This document shows, in pieces, positions 1 through 12,500 of a stretch of DNA of 64,000 bases. Each line of letters begins with the position of its first letter. Within the stretch, counting starts at the first letter, position 1. Both the position numbers and the translations under genes were made by a program. Source of the stretch: a virus; the IMG/VR virus record IMGVR_UViG_3300017917_000095, positions 20,898 through 84,897 of that record. One strand, given 5' to 3'. Below the pieces are notes generated by a model. The model was not told the origin of the DNA, made no database searches, and saw only the letters and a program-made list of their open reading frames with translations.

Positions 1-99
1 CTAATCGAAATGGAGATCGCCGTAGCTCCATTCAACCAAGCACAATTATTAAGTGTATTCTTCAGCCAGGCAGCAAATAGAGCAAGCATTCAAGGCTAA
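1..99 (+). CDS. C-terminal fragment of a probable baseplate wedge (gp25-like) protein, truncated by the window edge
   Basis: Open frame 1 LIEMEIAVAPFNQAQLLSVFFSQAANRASIQG-TAA(97-99); identity inferred only from its position upstream of a gp6-like gene. Confidence 0.4.
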   Translation, partial: LIEMEIAVAPFNQAQLLSVFFSQAANRASIQG

Positions 100-125
100 C
101 CGAAAAAAACACGGTTTTTAGGTAT

Positions 126-133
126 GATAAATA
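126..133 (+). promoter_or_regulatory. T4-late-type promoter motif GATAAATA
   Basis: One mismatch to the T4 late consensus TATAAATA, intergenic, 18 nt upstream of the ATG at 152; the motif recurs in other gaps. Confidence 0.6.
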
Positions 134-151
134 CTATAAAGAGATATACCT

Positions 152-3100
152 ATGGCTACAAGTTCAAGACAATCAGCATTATTTGGCGTCAACGATTGGC
201 AAGCAATCTACCAAACCTTTCGTGAAGCCGATTTTAAAAGCTATGATTATGAGACTTTGCGTAAAAGTTTCATTGATTACTTGCGTGTGTATTACCCGGA
301 AACATTCAATGACTTCATTGAATCATCGGAATTTATCGCCCTACTTGACGTTATAGCCTTCATGGGTCAGGGTCTTGCTTTCCGCAATGACGTTAACACC
401 CGTGAAAACTTCATCGATACCGCTGAACGCCGCGACTCTGTTATCAAGCTAGCCAATTTAGTCAGCTACACTCCTAAGCGTAACCTAGCTGCCCAAGGAT
501 ATCTAAAAGTAGTCAATATCCAGACTACCCAAAACATTACAGACTTGAACGGTGTCAACTTAGGTAATCTTCCTATTCTTTGGAATGATCCTGCTAACCC
601 AAATTGGTTGGAACAGTTCAACACAATTATCAATGCTGCACTGGTCGATACTCAGCGTGTAGGTCGTCCTGCAAACGTAGCAGATTTGCTAGGTGTTACT
701 ACCAGCGAGTACACACTACGTATCCCAAATAACACATTGCCAATCGTTCCGTTCAACTCAACAGTTGACGGTATCAATATGAACTTTGAGCTATGCAGTG
801 TAACCAGCGTAGATGCTGATTACATGTACGAGATTCCTCCAGCTCCAAGCGGTAGATTCAACATGCTATATCGTAACGACAAATTAGGTTACGGCAGCCC
901 AAATACTGGTTTCTTCTTCTACTTCAAGCAAGGAACATTGCAGAATTATGATTTCAATTTGCAACAGCAAATCAGTAACCAAGTCATTAACATTGACATT
1001 CAAGGTGTCAACAACGAAGATACCTGGTTGTATCAACTAAACGCTAACAACGGCAATAGAACACTGTGGACAAAAGTAGATAACATCTATGCTGATGCGT
1101 ACCTACAAAACACTACTAGCAACAGAACTATTTTCTCGGTGAATTCACGATTCAACGATCAAGTAAGTTATGTGTTCGGTGACGGTGTGTTCAGTCAGAT
1201 TCCAGTAGGATCATACAGAGCTTATGTACGTGCAGGAAATGCACTAACTTACACAATCGATCCATCAGAGATGCAAGGTATCACTGTATCTTTCAGCTAT
1301 GTTAACCGTTTGGGCAAGACAGAGATTCTAACACTTGGATTAGAGCTTCAACTTCCTGTGTCAAATGCACAGGCACGTGAACCATTGGCACAAATCAAAC
1401 AGCGTGCTCCTACAAGATATTATACACAGAATCGTATGGTTAACGGTGAAGATTACAACAACTTCCCATACACCTTATATAGTTCTATTATCAAGTCAAA
1501 AGCTATCAACCGTTCAAGTATTGGTGTCAGTAAGAACCTAGATATTCTCGATCCTACAGGTAAGTATTCAAGCTTGAATTCTTTTGCGACTGACGGAGCA
1601 TTATGGCAAGATGATACTAATGGTTATGCCAACCTAACTATCAACACAGTTGGTAACATCATTACATTCTTGACAGATACGTTGGGTAGTGTGTTATCTA
1701 GTAACCGTGTCGTTCAATACTATACACAAAACTTTAACCAATACGCAATTAATAGTGCATCAGGCGATGGTACTGTTTATTGGAATGCAAGCACAGTAGA
1801 TGCCAACTCGTTGACTGGTTATTTCTTTAACATTACTGATGGTAGCAATACTTCAATTCCAATTGGCACCTATTCAACGAATAATGTCAAGTACATTACA
1901 CCGGGCGCATTGGTAAAATTCATTGCACCTAGTGGATTCTACTTTGATACTAACAATCGTTTAGTAGCTGGCATCGCAGGCCCAAGCAATCAAACATTTA
2001 TTTGGACAACAGTATTGTCAGTTATTGGTGACGGATATAACAACGGACAAGGTAACTTTGCTAACGGAACCGGTCCAGTAACCCTTAACGGTTATGTACC
2101 TGTCGGTGCAATCTTAACTACAGTTCTACCATCGTTTGATAACTCATTGTCTAACGAAATCGTACAAGAGTGTATCATTCGCATGGAGTTGCAACAGAAC
2201 TTCAGCTTAGTATTCAATAACTCATACACTGTTGCACAGGATCGCTGGTCAATCGAACAATATGATAACGCAAATTGGTTTGTTCGTTTCCAAAGTGATA
2301 GCGGCGGTCGCTATACTATTACCTATCGCTCATTGCGTTACTATTTTGGTAGTGTGTCTGATACCCGCTTTAGTTATGAGCGTGACAAGTTAGTGTACGA
2401 CCCATTCAGTGGTAAAATCTTGCAAGACTTTGTTAAAGTTCTTGCTACTAACACACAACCAAACAGCAACTATCCATTAGCTAAAGATGTTTCAGTAAAC
2501 ATCGTTGGACAGACAGTTGAGAGCGATGGATACATTAATGACTTTGAAGTTGAAGTTGCAAGTAATGACATTAACAATCGCGGTTTGATTGTAAATCCAG
2601 ACTTCTTCCAAACAGTGACTGGCTATACAACTGGCGGTGCTAACACAGGCATTTATGTATTCTTTGAATTGATTCAAGACGCTATCAGTTTGACAAGATA
2701 TCAGATTGTTCCTACTAGCGATGTGGTTCAGTATCAAACAAAGACACAGATTGAAGTTGCAAAGTATGACTACCCAGAAGGTCAGTTGTTCTATGCATAC
2801 GGAGAGAACACATTTTGGACTACAATCCAAGACGATACTGTTCAAACACCGTATTATATTTTGACAGAGCAACCACAGTATTCAATGAAGCCGGGGCGTC
2901 AAGGTCTACAATATCAATATCGTCACAATAGCAACAACACAACACGTATTGATCCTGCAACAACCAACATCATTGACTTGTACGTAGTGACACAGGCTTA
3001 CTATACACAATATCAAAACTATATTAAGGATACTACCAACACAGTACCTATGCCACCCAAGCCAACTATTAATGAGTTGTCAGAGGCATACGGTGGACTC

Positions 3101-3520
3101 AACAATTACAAAATGTTGAGTGATAGCGTGGTATTAAATAGTGTAGTGTTCAAGCCTTTGTTTGGTCCTAAAGCAGATTCTGCATTAAGAGCAACGATTA
3201 AAGTTATCAAGGCGTCCAACACGAATGCAAGTGATAGTGAAATTCGCAGTTCAGTACTAGCAGCAATGAATACATATTTTGATATTAACAATTGGAACTT
3301 TGGAGACACGTTCTACTTCTCCGAACTAAGCGCATACTTACACGATCAAGTAGGTGAGTATATTAGTTCGGCAGTACTTGTTCCAAATGATCCTACAATG
3401 AAGTTCGGAGACCTTTATGAAATAAAATGTGCACCATACGAAATTTTCGTTAATGCGGCAACTGCTAATGACGTATTAGTTATCGCATCGCTCACACCAG
3501 CAGAATTACAAATAGCATAA
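152..3520 (+). CDS. Baseplate wedge subunit (T4 gp6-like), 1122 aa
   Basis: N-terminal DFKSYDYETLRKSFIDYL...FNDFIESSEFIALLDVIAF...RENFIDTAERRDSVIKLANLVSYTPKR and internal APTRYYTQNRMVNGEDY match gp6-family motifs. Confidence 0.85.
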   Translation: MATSSRQSALFGVNDWQAIYQTFREADFKSYDYETLRKSFIDYLRVYYPETFNDFIESSEFIALLDVIAFMGQGLAFRNDVNTRENFIDTAERRDSVIKLANLVSYTPKRNLAAQGYLKVVNIQTTQNITDLNGVNLGNLPILWNDPANPNWLEQFNTIINAALVDTQRVGRPANVADLLGVTTSEYTLRIPNNTLPIVPFNSTVDGINMNFELCSVTSVDADYMYEIPPAPSGRFNMLYRNDKLGYGSPNTGFFFYFKQGTLQNYDFNLQQQISNQVINIDIQGVNNEDTWLYQLNANNGNRTLWTKVDNIYADAYLQNTTSNRTIFSVNSRFNDQVSYVFGDGVFSQIPVGSYRAYVRAGNALTYTIDPSEMQGITVSFSYVNRLGKTEILTLGLELQLPVSNAQAREPLAQIKQRAPTRYYTQNRMVNGEDYNNFPYTLYSSIIKSKAINRSSIGVSKNLDILDPTGKYSSLNSFATDGALWQDDTNGYANLTINTVGNIITFLTDTLGSVLSSNRVVQYYTQNFNQYAINSASGDGTVYWNASTVDANSLTGYFFNITDGSNTSIPIGTYSTNNVKYITPGALVKFIAPSGFYFDTNNRLVAGIAGPSNQTFIWTTVLSVIGDGYNNGQGNFANGTGPVTLNGYVPVGAILTTVLPSFDNSLSNEIVQECIIRMELQQNFSLVFNNSYTVAQDRWSIEQYDNANWFVRFQSDSGGRYTITYRSLRYYFGSVSDTRFSYERDKLVYDPFSGKILQDFVKVLATNTQPNSNYPLAKDVSVNIVGQTVESDGYINDFEVEVASNDINNRGLIVNPDFFQTVTGYTTGGANTGIYVFFELIQDAISLTRYQIVPTSDVVQYQTKTQIEVAKYDYPEGQLFYAYGENTFWTTIQDDTVQTPYYILTEQPQYSMKPGRQGLQYQYRHNSNNTTRIDPATTNIIDLYVVTQAYYTQYQNYIKDTTNTVPMPPKPTINELSEAYGGLNNYKMLSDSVVLNSVVFKPLFGPKADSALRATIKVIKASNTNASDSEIRSSVLAAMNTYFDINNWNFGDTFYFSELSAYLHDQVGEYISSAVLVPNDPTMKFGDLYEIKCAPYEIFVNAATANDVLVIASLTPAELQIA

Positions 3521-3523
3521 GTA
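3516..3523 (+). promoter_or_regulatory. Possible variant late promoter CATAAGTA
   Basis: Overlaps the gp6-like stop, 7 nt upstream of the ATG at 3531; variant of the recurring xATAAATA motif. Confidence 0.3.
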
Positions 3524-3530
3524 TTATATT

Positions 3531-6500
3531 ATGGCATCGAGAATTAGAACATTAAACTTCTTACCAGAAGTATTTCAAACTACAACTAACAGCCAGTTTT
3601 TGGGTGCAACATTAGATCAAATTGTTCAGCAGCCGGAAACTAAACGTATCGAAGGTTACGTTGGTAGTAGATTTGGTTATGGTGTAAACGCTAAGAATTA
3701 CTACGTCACTGAACCTAACAAAACAAGAACCGATTATCAATTAGATCCAGGTGTTGTCTTCACTAAGACAAACGAATCAGTCGCAAAAGACTTTATCAGC
3801 TATCCTGGTATGTTAGATGCATTGAATCTTGAAGGTGGGTTGACACAAGATAACAACCGTCTATATAACAGTCAGTTCTATTCTTGGGATTCGTTCACCG
3901 ACCTAGACAAGATTATCAACTTCAACCAATACTACTGGATCCCACAAGGTCCTGCTAGTGTTGTTGTTTCTAGTGAAACTGTGTTCTCGTCTAACGAATA
4001 TAACGTATACGATCTTCCTAGTGGTTACAATATTGTTCCTGTAACCTCTTCTGAAGGCCAAGGCACAACCAACCCAACATTAACATTGTTGCGCGGTGGT
4101 ACATATACATTTGCAGTAAACCAAGATACTCAATTCTGGATTCAAGGTCGTCCTGGCGTTACTGGTTATGATCCAACTCAACCAAACGTACAGACACGTG
4201 ATGTATTAGGTGTTGACAATAACGGAACAACGCAAGGTATTGTGACATTTACTGTTCCTCCTAAAGATGCACAAGACGACTACAACTTTCCGGGTAACAA
4301 CTTAGTGGATGTTGTTAGTACACTTCCTTTTGCACAAGTCAATGGTGCAAGATTAGCAGACTTAGGTGGCATCGATGGTGTAACATCATTAGATGGATTA
4401 ACCGTAATGTTCTACAATACAGGTATTCCAAATGAAGTTGGATATGTATCTAACTTCTTCGACTATACTCCCTTCGATTATAACGATGATCTAACTCCTC
4501 TACAGTCTATTACTGTTACTGCAACCACAGCATCAACAGATGCTATCACTTGCAGCAGTACCGCAAACTTAGCAGTAGGAAATGCTATTATTTTCAATGG
4601 TAACCCATTCGGTGGGTTAGCAGCTTATTCTACAACTCTACCAAACACAATTTATTACGTAGAGTCTATCATTAACTCTACTCAGTTCACTGTTTCTACA
4701 ACAGTCGGTGGCTCTGTATATCCATTGTCCAATGGTTCTGGTACAATGACAGCAATCTCTAACCAAGGTCTATATGAGCAAGGTTACTACACAAACGTAA
4801 ATGAAAATTTCTATACTATTCAGTACCTAGGTGATCCTTCTGATCCGGTTATACGTTTGAAGCAAGCTAACGAGATTCCTACTAACCAAAAGATTACTGC
4901 AACTTACGGTACACAGTGGGTAGCTAGGGCATTCTACAAGAATCCGTCTGGTGTTGTACTATTAATCCCTTATCTAAGCGCACAACTTGATACTTTATAC
5001 TACCAAGACGGTACATTTGCAGATAAGGTGGGTGTAATTAGACTAATCGAAAGTAACGTACTAAACACCCTAGATGTTGAGACAGACATTTTAGGTAAAG
5101 CGCAATATACTGCAACTAATGGAGTAGTATTCACTAATGGATTGAAAGTTACTTTCCAAGGTGATGTGTTCCCTGTAAAATATCTATCAGGTGAATATTA
5201 TGTTGAAGGTGTAGGTACTGCAATTGAGCTACTACCAGTAGAAGATTTTGTTGCTCCTGAAAGTTTCACAGCTAGCACTTATGTTCCATGGGATACAATT
5301 GGATGGGATGCTGCTAACTGGGAAGGTGATTCATATGTTCCAGTGAACCCTGAGTACATTACTATCGCTAGAAATTCTATGGATAAGAATGCATGGTCAC
5401 GTAGTAATCGCTGGTTCCACATTGACGTTATCAACGCAACTGCGACATACAATAACAATCCTGATTTATTGACGTTATACACCAACGAAAACTTTAAGGC
5501 TAAGCGTCCTATCATCGAATTCTATCCTAATTTGAAACTGTTCAACTCAGGTTCAGAAGGAAAGGCTCCTGTGGATTTTATTGACGTAAGAACAACTGAT
5601 GCATTCAGCTTGGTCGCAGGTAAACAAAACTACTATCCTGACGTTGAAGTATATACTGGGTATAGTGCAACAATCACATCAACTAACTACACACCTATTC
5701 GTGCCTTTACAAGCGCAAGTGCATCAACCGACATATTTACTACTACGACCGGTACTACTGGTTTCCAAGTAAATGACTTGATCGTATTTGACGGCATCAC
5801 ACTAGATCCTACCATTCAAGACGGCAAATCATATTATATTGCTGAGGTAGTTTCTGGTACTCAGTTTAAAATTTCTGCTACTAAAGGTGGAAGTGTGATC
5901 GGTCCTGATAGCAACCTAGGTGCAGGCGGCAACATCATTTGGTCTCCTTTGAGTACTACTGTAACCGTTGCAGCGGATGAAATCACTGGAACATTTACTG
6001 TAGGTCAGTATGTTAAAGATTCAACTAACGCACTTCCACGCAATGCACAGATTGCCTCAATAACCGGCACAACAAATTTAACGTTGACAGTTGAATGGGA
6101 CGAAGGTTCAAAATATTTCGCACAACAGACAAATGCATCTATCATTGGTACTGATACTACAAACGACAACTATGCTTTGTTCGATGGAGCCACTGTTATC
6201 TTTACTGCCGACACAGATGCTAACGTAAGAAACAAAGTGTATGTTTCACGTTTCTCCGCTATCACTGGATCATCAACACCGATCATTACATTGACAGAAG
6301 CTAAAGACGGTGAGGTTTATCCAAATCAACAAACAGTTGCATTGCGCGGATATTTCAATAATGGTAATGAGTTCTGGTTCGATGGAGCAGAATGGATTGA
6401 GGGTCAACAAAAGACAACATTGAATCAACCACCGTTGTTTGATATTTTTGACGAAAACCAAGTTAGCTTGGGAGACCCACTAGTCTATGTGGGAACATCG

Positions 6501-9500
6501 TTCACTGGATGTAAGTTATTCAGTTATGGAATCGGTACAGGATTAGATGATTCTGTTTTGGGATTCCCTATCAGATATAGTTCAGTAGACAACGTAGGCG
6601 ATATCAGCTTTGATGTTTCGTTGAACTCTGATACCTTTGACTATGTTAAGGGCACAGAACCAATTACACAAAATGTAAACACTGGGTACGTTTATCAGTA
6701 TCTAACTAGAGACACATACAAACGTCAAATCGGTTGGCAGACTGCTCTGTCTCCTAGTGTACAGTATCAATTGTTCTCGTTTGATTTTGATCCGTTGAAC
6801 CCTGCCACATCATATGTATGTGATATTGCTAAATCTTCTAGTACCAGTACTAACTGGCCTACAATCGATGTGTTTATTAACAACGTAGCGTTACAGCACA
6901 GCGAGTATACTGTTACCGTCGGACCAAATTCAACTACTGTTGTATTGAACGCAAATCCTGTAACAGAAACTGTAGTGCAGATTGCATTGTTGAGCAATCA
7001 AGTAAGCCCAACTGCGTACTATTCTATTCCTGTTAATTTGAATAACAACCCATTGAATGCTGACATTACAGTAGCTAACGTCGGTGACATTCGTGGTCAG
7101 TATCAGAGCGCATTCTACAACAATCCAAACACTGTTGGAAAAGCATTCGGTCCTAACAACTATCGTGACTTGGGTAACATGGTTCCATGGGGCGACAAGA
7201 TCATTCAGAATAGCGCAAGCTTGGTATTGCCTGGAGCATTCCTACGCAAACAAGAACACAACCTATTCAACGCATTGTTGTTCAATGACAGAGAATACAT
7301 AAAGTTCAAAAATTTGTTGGTCTACACTGTACAAAATAGTGACTATTCACAACGATTCAATCCATCGGTCATGCTTGACGATGCATTAGATCAGATCACT
7401 GCATCGAAAGATAACAGTCAGCCATTCTTCTGGTCTGATATGTTACCAAGCAAGTCAGCATACATTTCTAATACCTATTCATTTGCAAATAGTTTAGATG
7501 TTTCTATCTATCCATTGTCTAGAGTCTATGATTTTAAGACAGCAAACTACTACGGTGTTCTTGTTTACTTGACTAGAACAGTAAACGGTGTTACCTCAAC
7601 ACAACAGTTGATTAAGAATCAAGATTATAATGTAAGCGAAACATCACCTTCATTGACAGTTACAACTGACCTGTTACCAGGCGACGTTGTTACTATCAAA
7701 GAGTACAATCAGACATACGGATCATATGTTCCTAATACTCCTACTAAGTTAGGTCTATATCCTGCATATACTCCTGAAGTCGTATTAGATAGCGATTACA
7801 ATGAACCTACATACTTCATCAAAGGTCACGATGGTTCATACAACAAGTTATATGGTGATTATGATCCTACAACTGGTTTGCTAGTAGACTTCAGAGACCA
7901 AGTTCTGTTAGAATTTGAACTACGTGTTTATAACAACTTGAAGATTAGCTCAGAAATACCTATCAAAGAATATGAAGTATTACCTGGCTTCTTCAGAGAA
8001 ACTGACTATTCATATGCTGACTGGTTATACATCTACTCTCCTAACTTCTTAAGTTGGGTTGGTCAGAATAGACTAAACTATAAGACACAGTATTTCAATA
8101 GTGCAAACAAGTTCACTTACAACTATTCACAAAGTGGAAATGCTGTAGACAAAGCACCGATCAGTCAAGGTTATTGGAGAGGTATGTATCAGTATTTCTA
8201 CGATACCACAACTCCAAATACTACACCATGGGAAATGTTGGGCTTCACTCAAATGCCTACATGGTGGACAAATCGTTATGGTCCTGCTCCATACACTAGC
8301 GATAACTTAGTGTTGTGGAACGATCTTGCAGAAGGTATTAACTGGAATAACGGTGATCCGTTCGTTATACCTGAAGCAGTACGTGATGGATTATTAGACA
8401 TTATCCCGGTTGATACTGCGGGTAACTTGTTAGCTCCGATCGATTCAATCGTTGGCAGTTACAATCAGAAATTATTCCAACGTGATTGGAAAGTAGGTGA
8501 CGCTGGCCCGGTAGAATTTAGTTATCGCCGTAGTTCTAGTTACCCATTCGACTTGATGAAGATTATGGCTTTGATGAAGCCGGCTAAATTCTTTAACTTA
8601 GGTGTTGACGTAGACCACTACAAGTACAATGCTGAATTTAACCAATACTTGGTTAACAACAGAAGCCACTTGAAAATGAGTGACATTGATGTATATGGTT
8701 CTGGTACCGCAGTGACAAGCTATATTAACTGGGTCGTTGACTATGAAAAACAAGTAGGCATTGATGCTACAACAAACATCACTGAAATGCTAAACAACAT
8801 GGATGTACGTTTGGTATATCGTTTGGCTGGCTTCAGTGATAAGACCATGTTGAAGTTCTATGTAGAAAAGTCAACAGCAAATAGTAACAATAGCTCATTG
8901 TTGATTCCTGACGAAAGCTATCAGGTTCTTTTGTACGATAATCAACCATTCAACAGAATCAGCTATTCAGGTGTTGTCGTGCAGATAGCACCTAACGGTG
9001 GATACACTGTGTTTGGTAACTCACAAACTGTCGCATACTTCAAGACATTGAAACCTAAGTTTGGTGGAAACTATGCATCAATTGACGTAGAGAAGCTATC
9101 CGTTAAGATTACACCGGACCACTTCGATCAAATTCAACTAGTACCTTACAATACTACGTTCTATACTGTACAAGAAGTTGCACAGTTCTTGGCTGACTAC
9201 GGTGCCTATCTAGTTAGTTTGGGTATGCAGTTCCAAGACCTAGAGAACGAATTAGAAATCAACTGGAATCAGATGATTGCTGAGTTCATGTACTGGGCAC
9301 AAACTGGTTGGGCTGCCGGCAGCATCGTCACATTGAATCCTGCTGCAAAGAGCTTGGTCATTAACAAAGACAGTAATATTGTACAGCCACTAACCATTCA
9401 ACAATCTAACTTTGTGTTGAATCAAAACTTGTATCCTATTCAATTGAATGACATGTCTATTGTTCGTCAGGATACTGAGTTCAGAGTTACTGCATTGAAC

Positions 9501-12500
9501 CAAGGTGATGTAATGTCTTATGGTCAATTCAACCTAAGTAACTTTGAACATGGTATTGTTTTTGATAACGAAACATTGTTCGGTGATGTGCTTTACAACT
9601 TGACTACAGGTCTGCGTCAGAACAGAATCTCATTGAGAGGTACCAAATCCGCTAACTGGAATGGTACTGTCAATGCAGCAGGTTTCATCTACAACCAAGA
9701 CAACGTTAAGCCATGGTCTAGGACTGCAAAATATACCAAAGGTGAAATCGTAACATACAAGAACAAGTATTGGGTAGCTACTAAAATAATCCAAGCGAGT
9801 GAAACCTTTAATGAAGCAGACTGGAAGAGAACAAACTATGATGAAATTCAGAAAGGTTTGTTACCTAACGCAAGTACACGTAGCTACGAAAGCACATTGT
9901 ACTATGATTCAACACAAGCTAACCTAGAGAATGATGCTGATCTATTAAGCTATAGCTTGATTGGATACCGTCCACGTGATTATCTAGCACTTGCAGACTT
10001 GACAGACATTACACAAGTAAACGTTTACAAGAACATGATTAAGGAAAAGGGTACATTGAATGCAGCGAGTGCATTCAAAGGTGCAAACTTACCTCAAGGT
10101 GGTATTGATTATGATGTTTATGAAAACTGGGCAATTAAAGCAGGTGAGTTTGGTGGCGTATTAAACAACAACTTCATTGAATTCAAAGTCAATGAAAAAT
10201 ACATGACTGGTAATCCAGCAATTGTTGGATTGACCGATGGCATATACAACGTAGGTGTACAACAAGAAGTACCGTTGTATTCATTGTTCAATTACGGTCG
10301 TCCTATAACATCAGTGGATGCATTGCCTACTACAAGTACCAATGAACCTTCAACTGTATACCCTGATGCAGGTTATGTAAACTTCAACGATGTTAAGATG
10401 TCCGCATTCTACTATGCTCAGATGCCTTTTGCAATCAATAAGAGTGGTGTAGTAGTTCCTATCGAGAACTTCTATGTACGTGACTATGTTTGGTTGGCTA
10501 ATTACCTAGAAACATGGCAAGTATATACTACTGCGGCAATGGGTCAAGTAACTAATGCAAAGAACAACTTGAACGACACTGTTACTATTACGTTCAAGAC
10601 TCCGCACAATCTAACACAGTATCAACCATTTGCAATCGTAAACTTTGACGTTGCAATTGACGGGTACTATCTAGCAACTATTGTTATCGACCAATACAGA
10701 GTTTTAGTATCTAAGACTCTTGATTCCGGTATCAAGAACATAACAGGTGAAGGTATTGCGTTGAAATTTACCTCTCAACGTGTAGCGACACCTAATGAAA
10801 TTAACACATTACCATTGACAGATGCCGAGTTCAGAAAGAATACAGTATGGGTCGATACAGCATATGATGGCTCATGGGGTGTCTATAGAAAGTCTATAAG
10901 CTATCAACTTGAAAACCAGCTAACAAAACAATCCAGTGAATCATTTGGTAGCGCAGTAGCAATCAATGACCAAGTTGGATATTTGGTTGGTGACGCTGAT
11001 GCAGGTCAAGTATACCGTTATACTTACAATGACCTAGCACAAGAGTATCAAATAGCACAGACACTAATTGGCGGCACAAGCTTCGGCAGCACAATCACTT
11101 ATGCAGGTGATTTGTACGCTATCGCTGAAACAACAGGTTCTACTCGTAGTGTAAAATTATACCAACTACAACAGACTATTACATCCGATGATTTGATATT
11201 GATTCAAACATTGACCTATCCATCAGGTGCAACTACTTGGGGAACATCAATTGCTATATCAGGTGACCAAGATTGGATGTACATATCAGACATTGACCAA
11301 AATACTGTTCACGTATATGAAAGACTAAACGTACCGACTACTGCTGGTTACTTTGTCGTAGGACAAACTTACACAATTCAAACTGTGGGTACTACTGACT
11401 TCGTTGCAGTAGGCGCAACATCAAATGATGTTGGTGTCTCATTCATTGCTACTGGTGTGGGTTCCGGAACAGGTGTTGCTAACAAGACAACATATACAAA
11501 CGTCACATCTATAGACGGTGATGCACTAGGGTTGACAACTAGCGGTGATAACTTTGGTTACTCCGTTGCTACTGATTATGACGGTGACGAAATCATCATC
11601 GGTACTCCTAATCAAAACAACGGTGCTATTGATAACTGGGGTTACACTTATGTGTTCCAACGAATCTATCAAAATGTTGAGATTAACTACAACACAATAT
11701 CTCCTGCATTCCAAACTTTACAGTTAGCATGGACTCCTACTACTGTATCTAAGACAGTAACTTCTACAAATGCGACTGGTAACAAAGTAACATTGAACAG
11801 TGTTTCTGGAATTACAGTTAATGATCCTATCATCTTTACAGGCACATTAACTGGTACTGATATTGCATCTAACAAGGTATACTATGTTGCAAGTATCAAC
11901 GTACCTAGCACTTATATTACTCTAAAAACATCTAGAGAAAGTACATCAACAGTGACAGTTGCAACCAATGCATCTGTCAGTGCAACCGCTACGGCACAGA
12001 CAGAACCATTGATCGTTTCTAAGAACGGTACTGTGGTAACTGACAATAATTATGCAGTGATTGACGACTCAATGATTTATACTGGATCATTGAACGCCGG
12101 CGATATTGTCAATATAAGCGGACATGAGATTGTATTACTACAAACATTGACAACCGAAGAAGCACCACAGACTGGTTCTCAGTTTGGTATCTCAGTAGAC
12201 ACAAACAACAATGCAAGTGAAATTATTGTTGGTGCCCCATTCCAGTTAGATTCTCAGATGCAAGAAGGTACTGTGTATCGTTATACAGACTCTGGTGCTA
12301 AGTTTGGTATGTATATGGGAACAAGTGATTGTAACGTCACTACCACTCGCAAGATACTAATTAATGGTTTCTTGACATTCATCCCTGCAGGTGATGCAGA
12401 AGATGTTGCGAACTCTATCAAGAGTGCTAATATAACTAACGTAACTGCCGCAGCAGTTGACGGTAAGTTGGCTATCTATCTATTGAATACTGAAATTTCC

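Noticed and set aside
98-119. Possible intrinsic terminator AACCG-loop-CGGTT-TTT
   Set aside because: Only a 5-bp stem with a 9-nt loop; too weak to call
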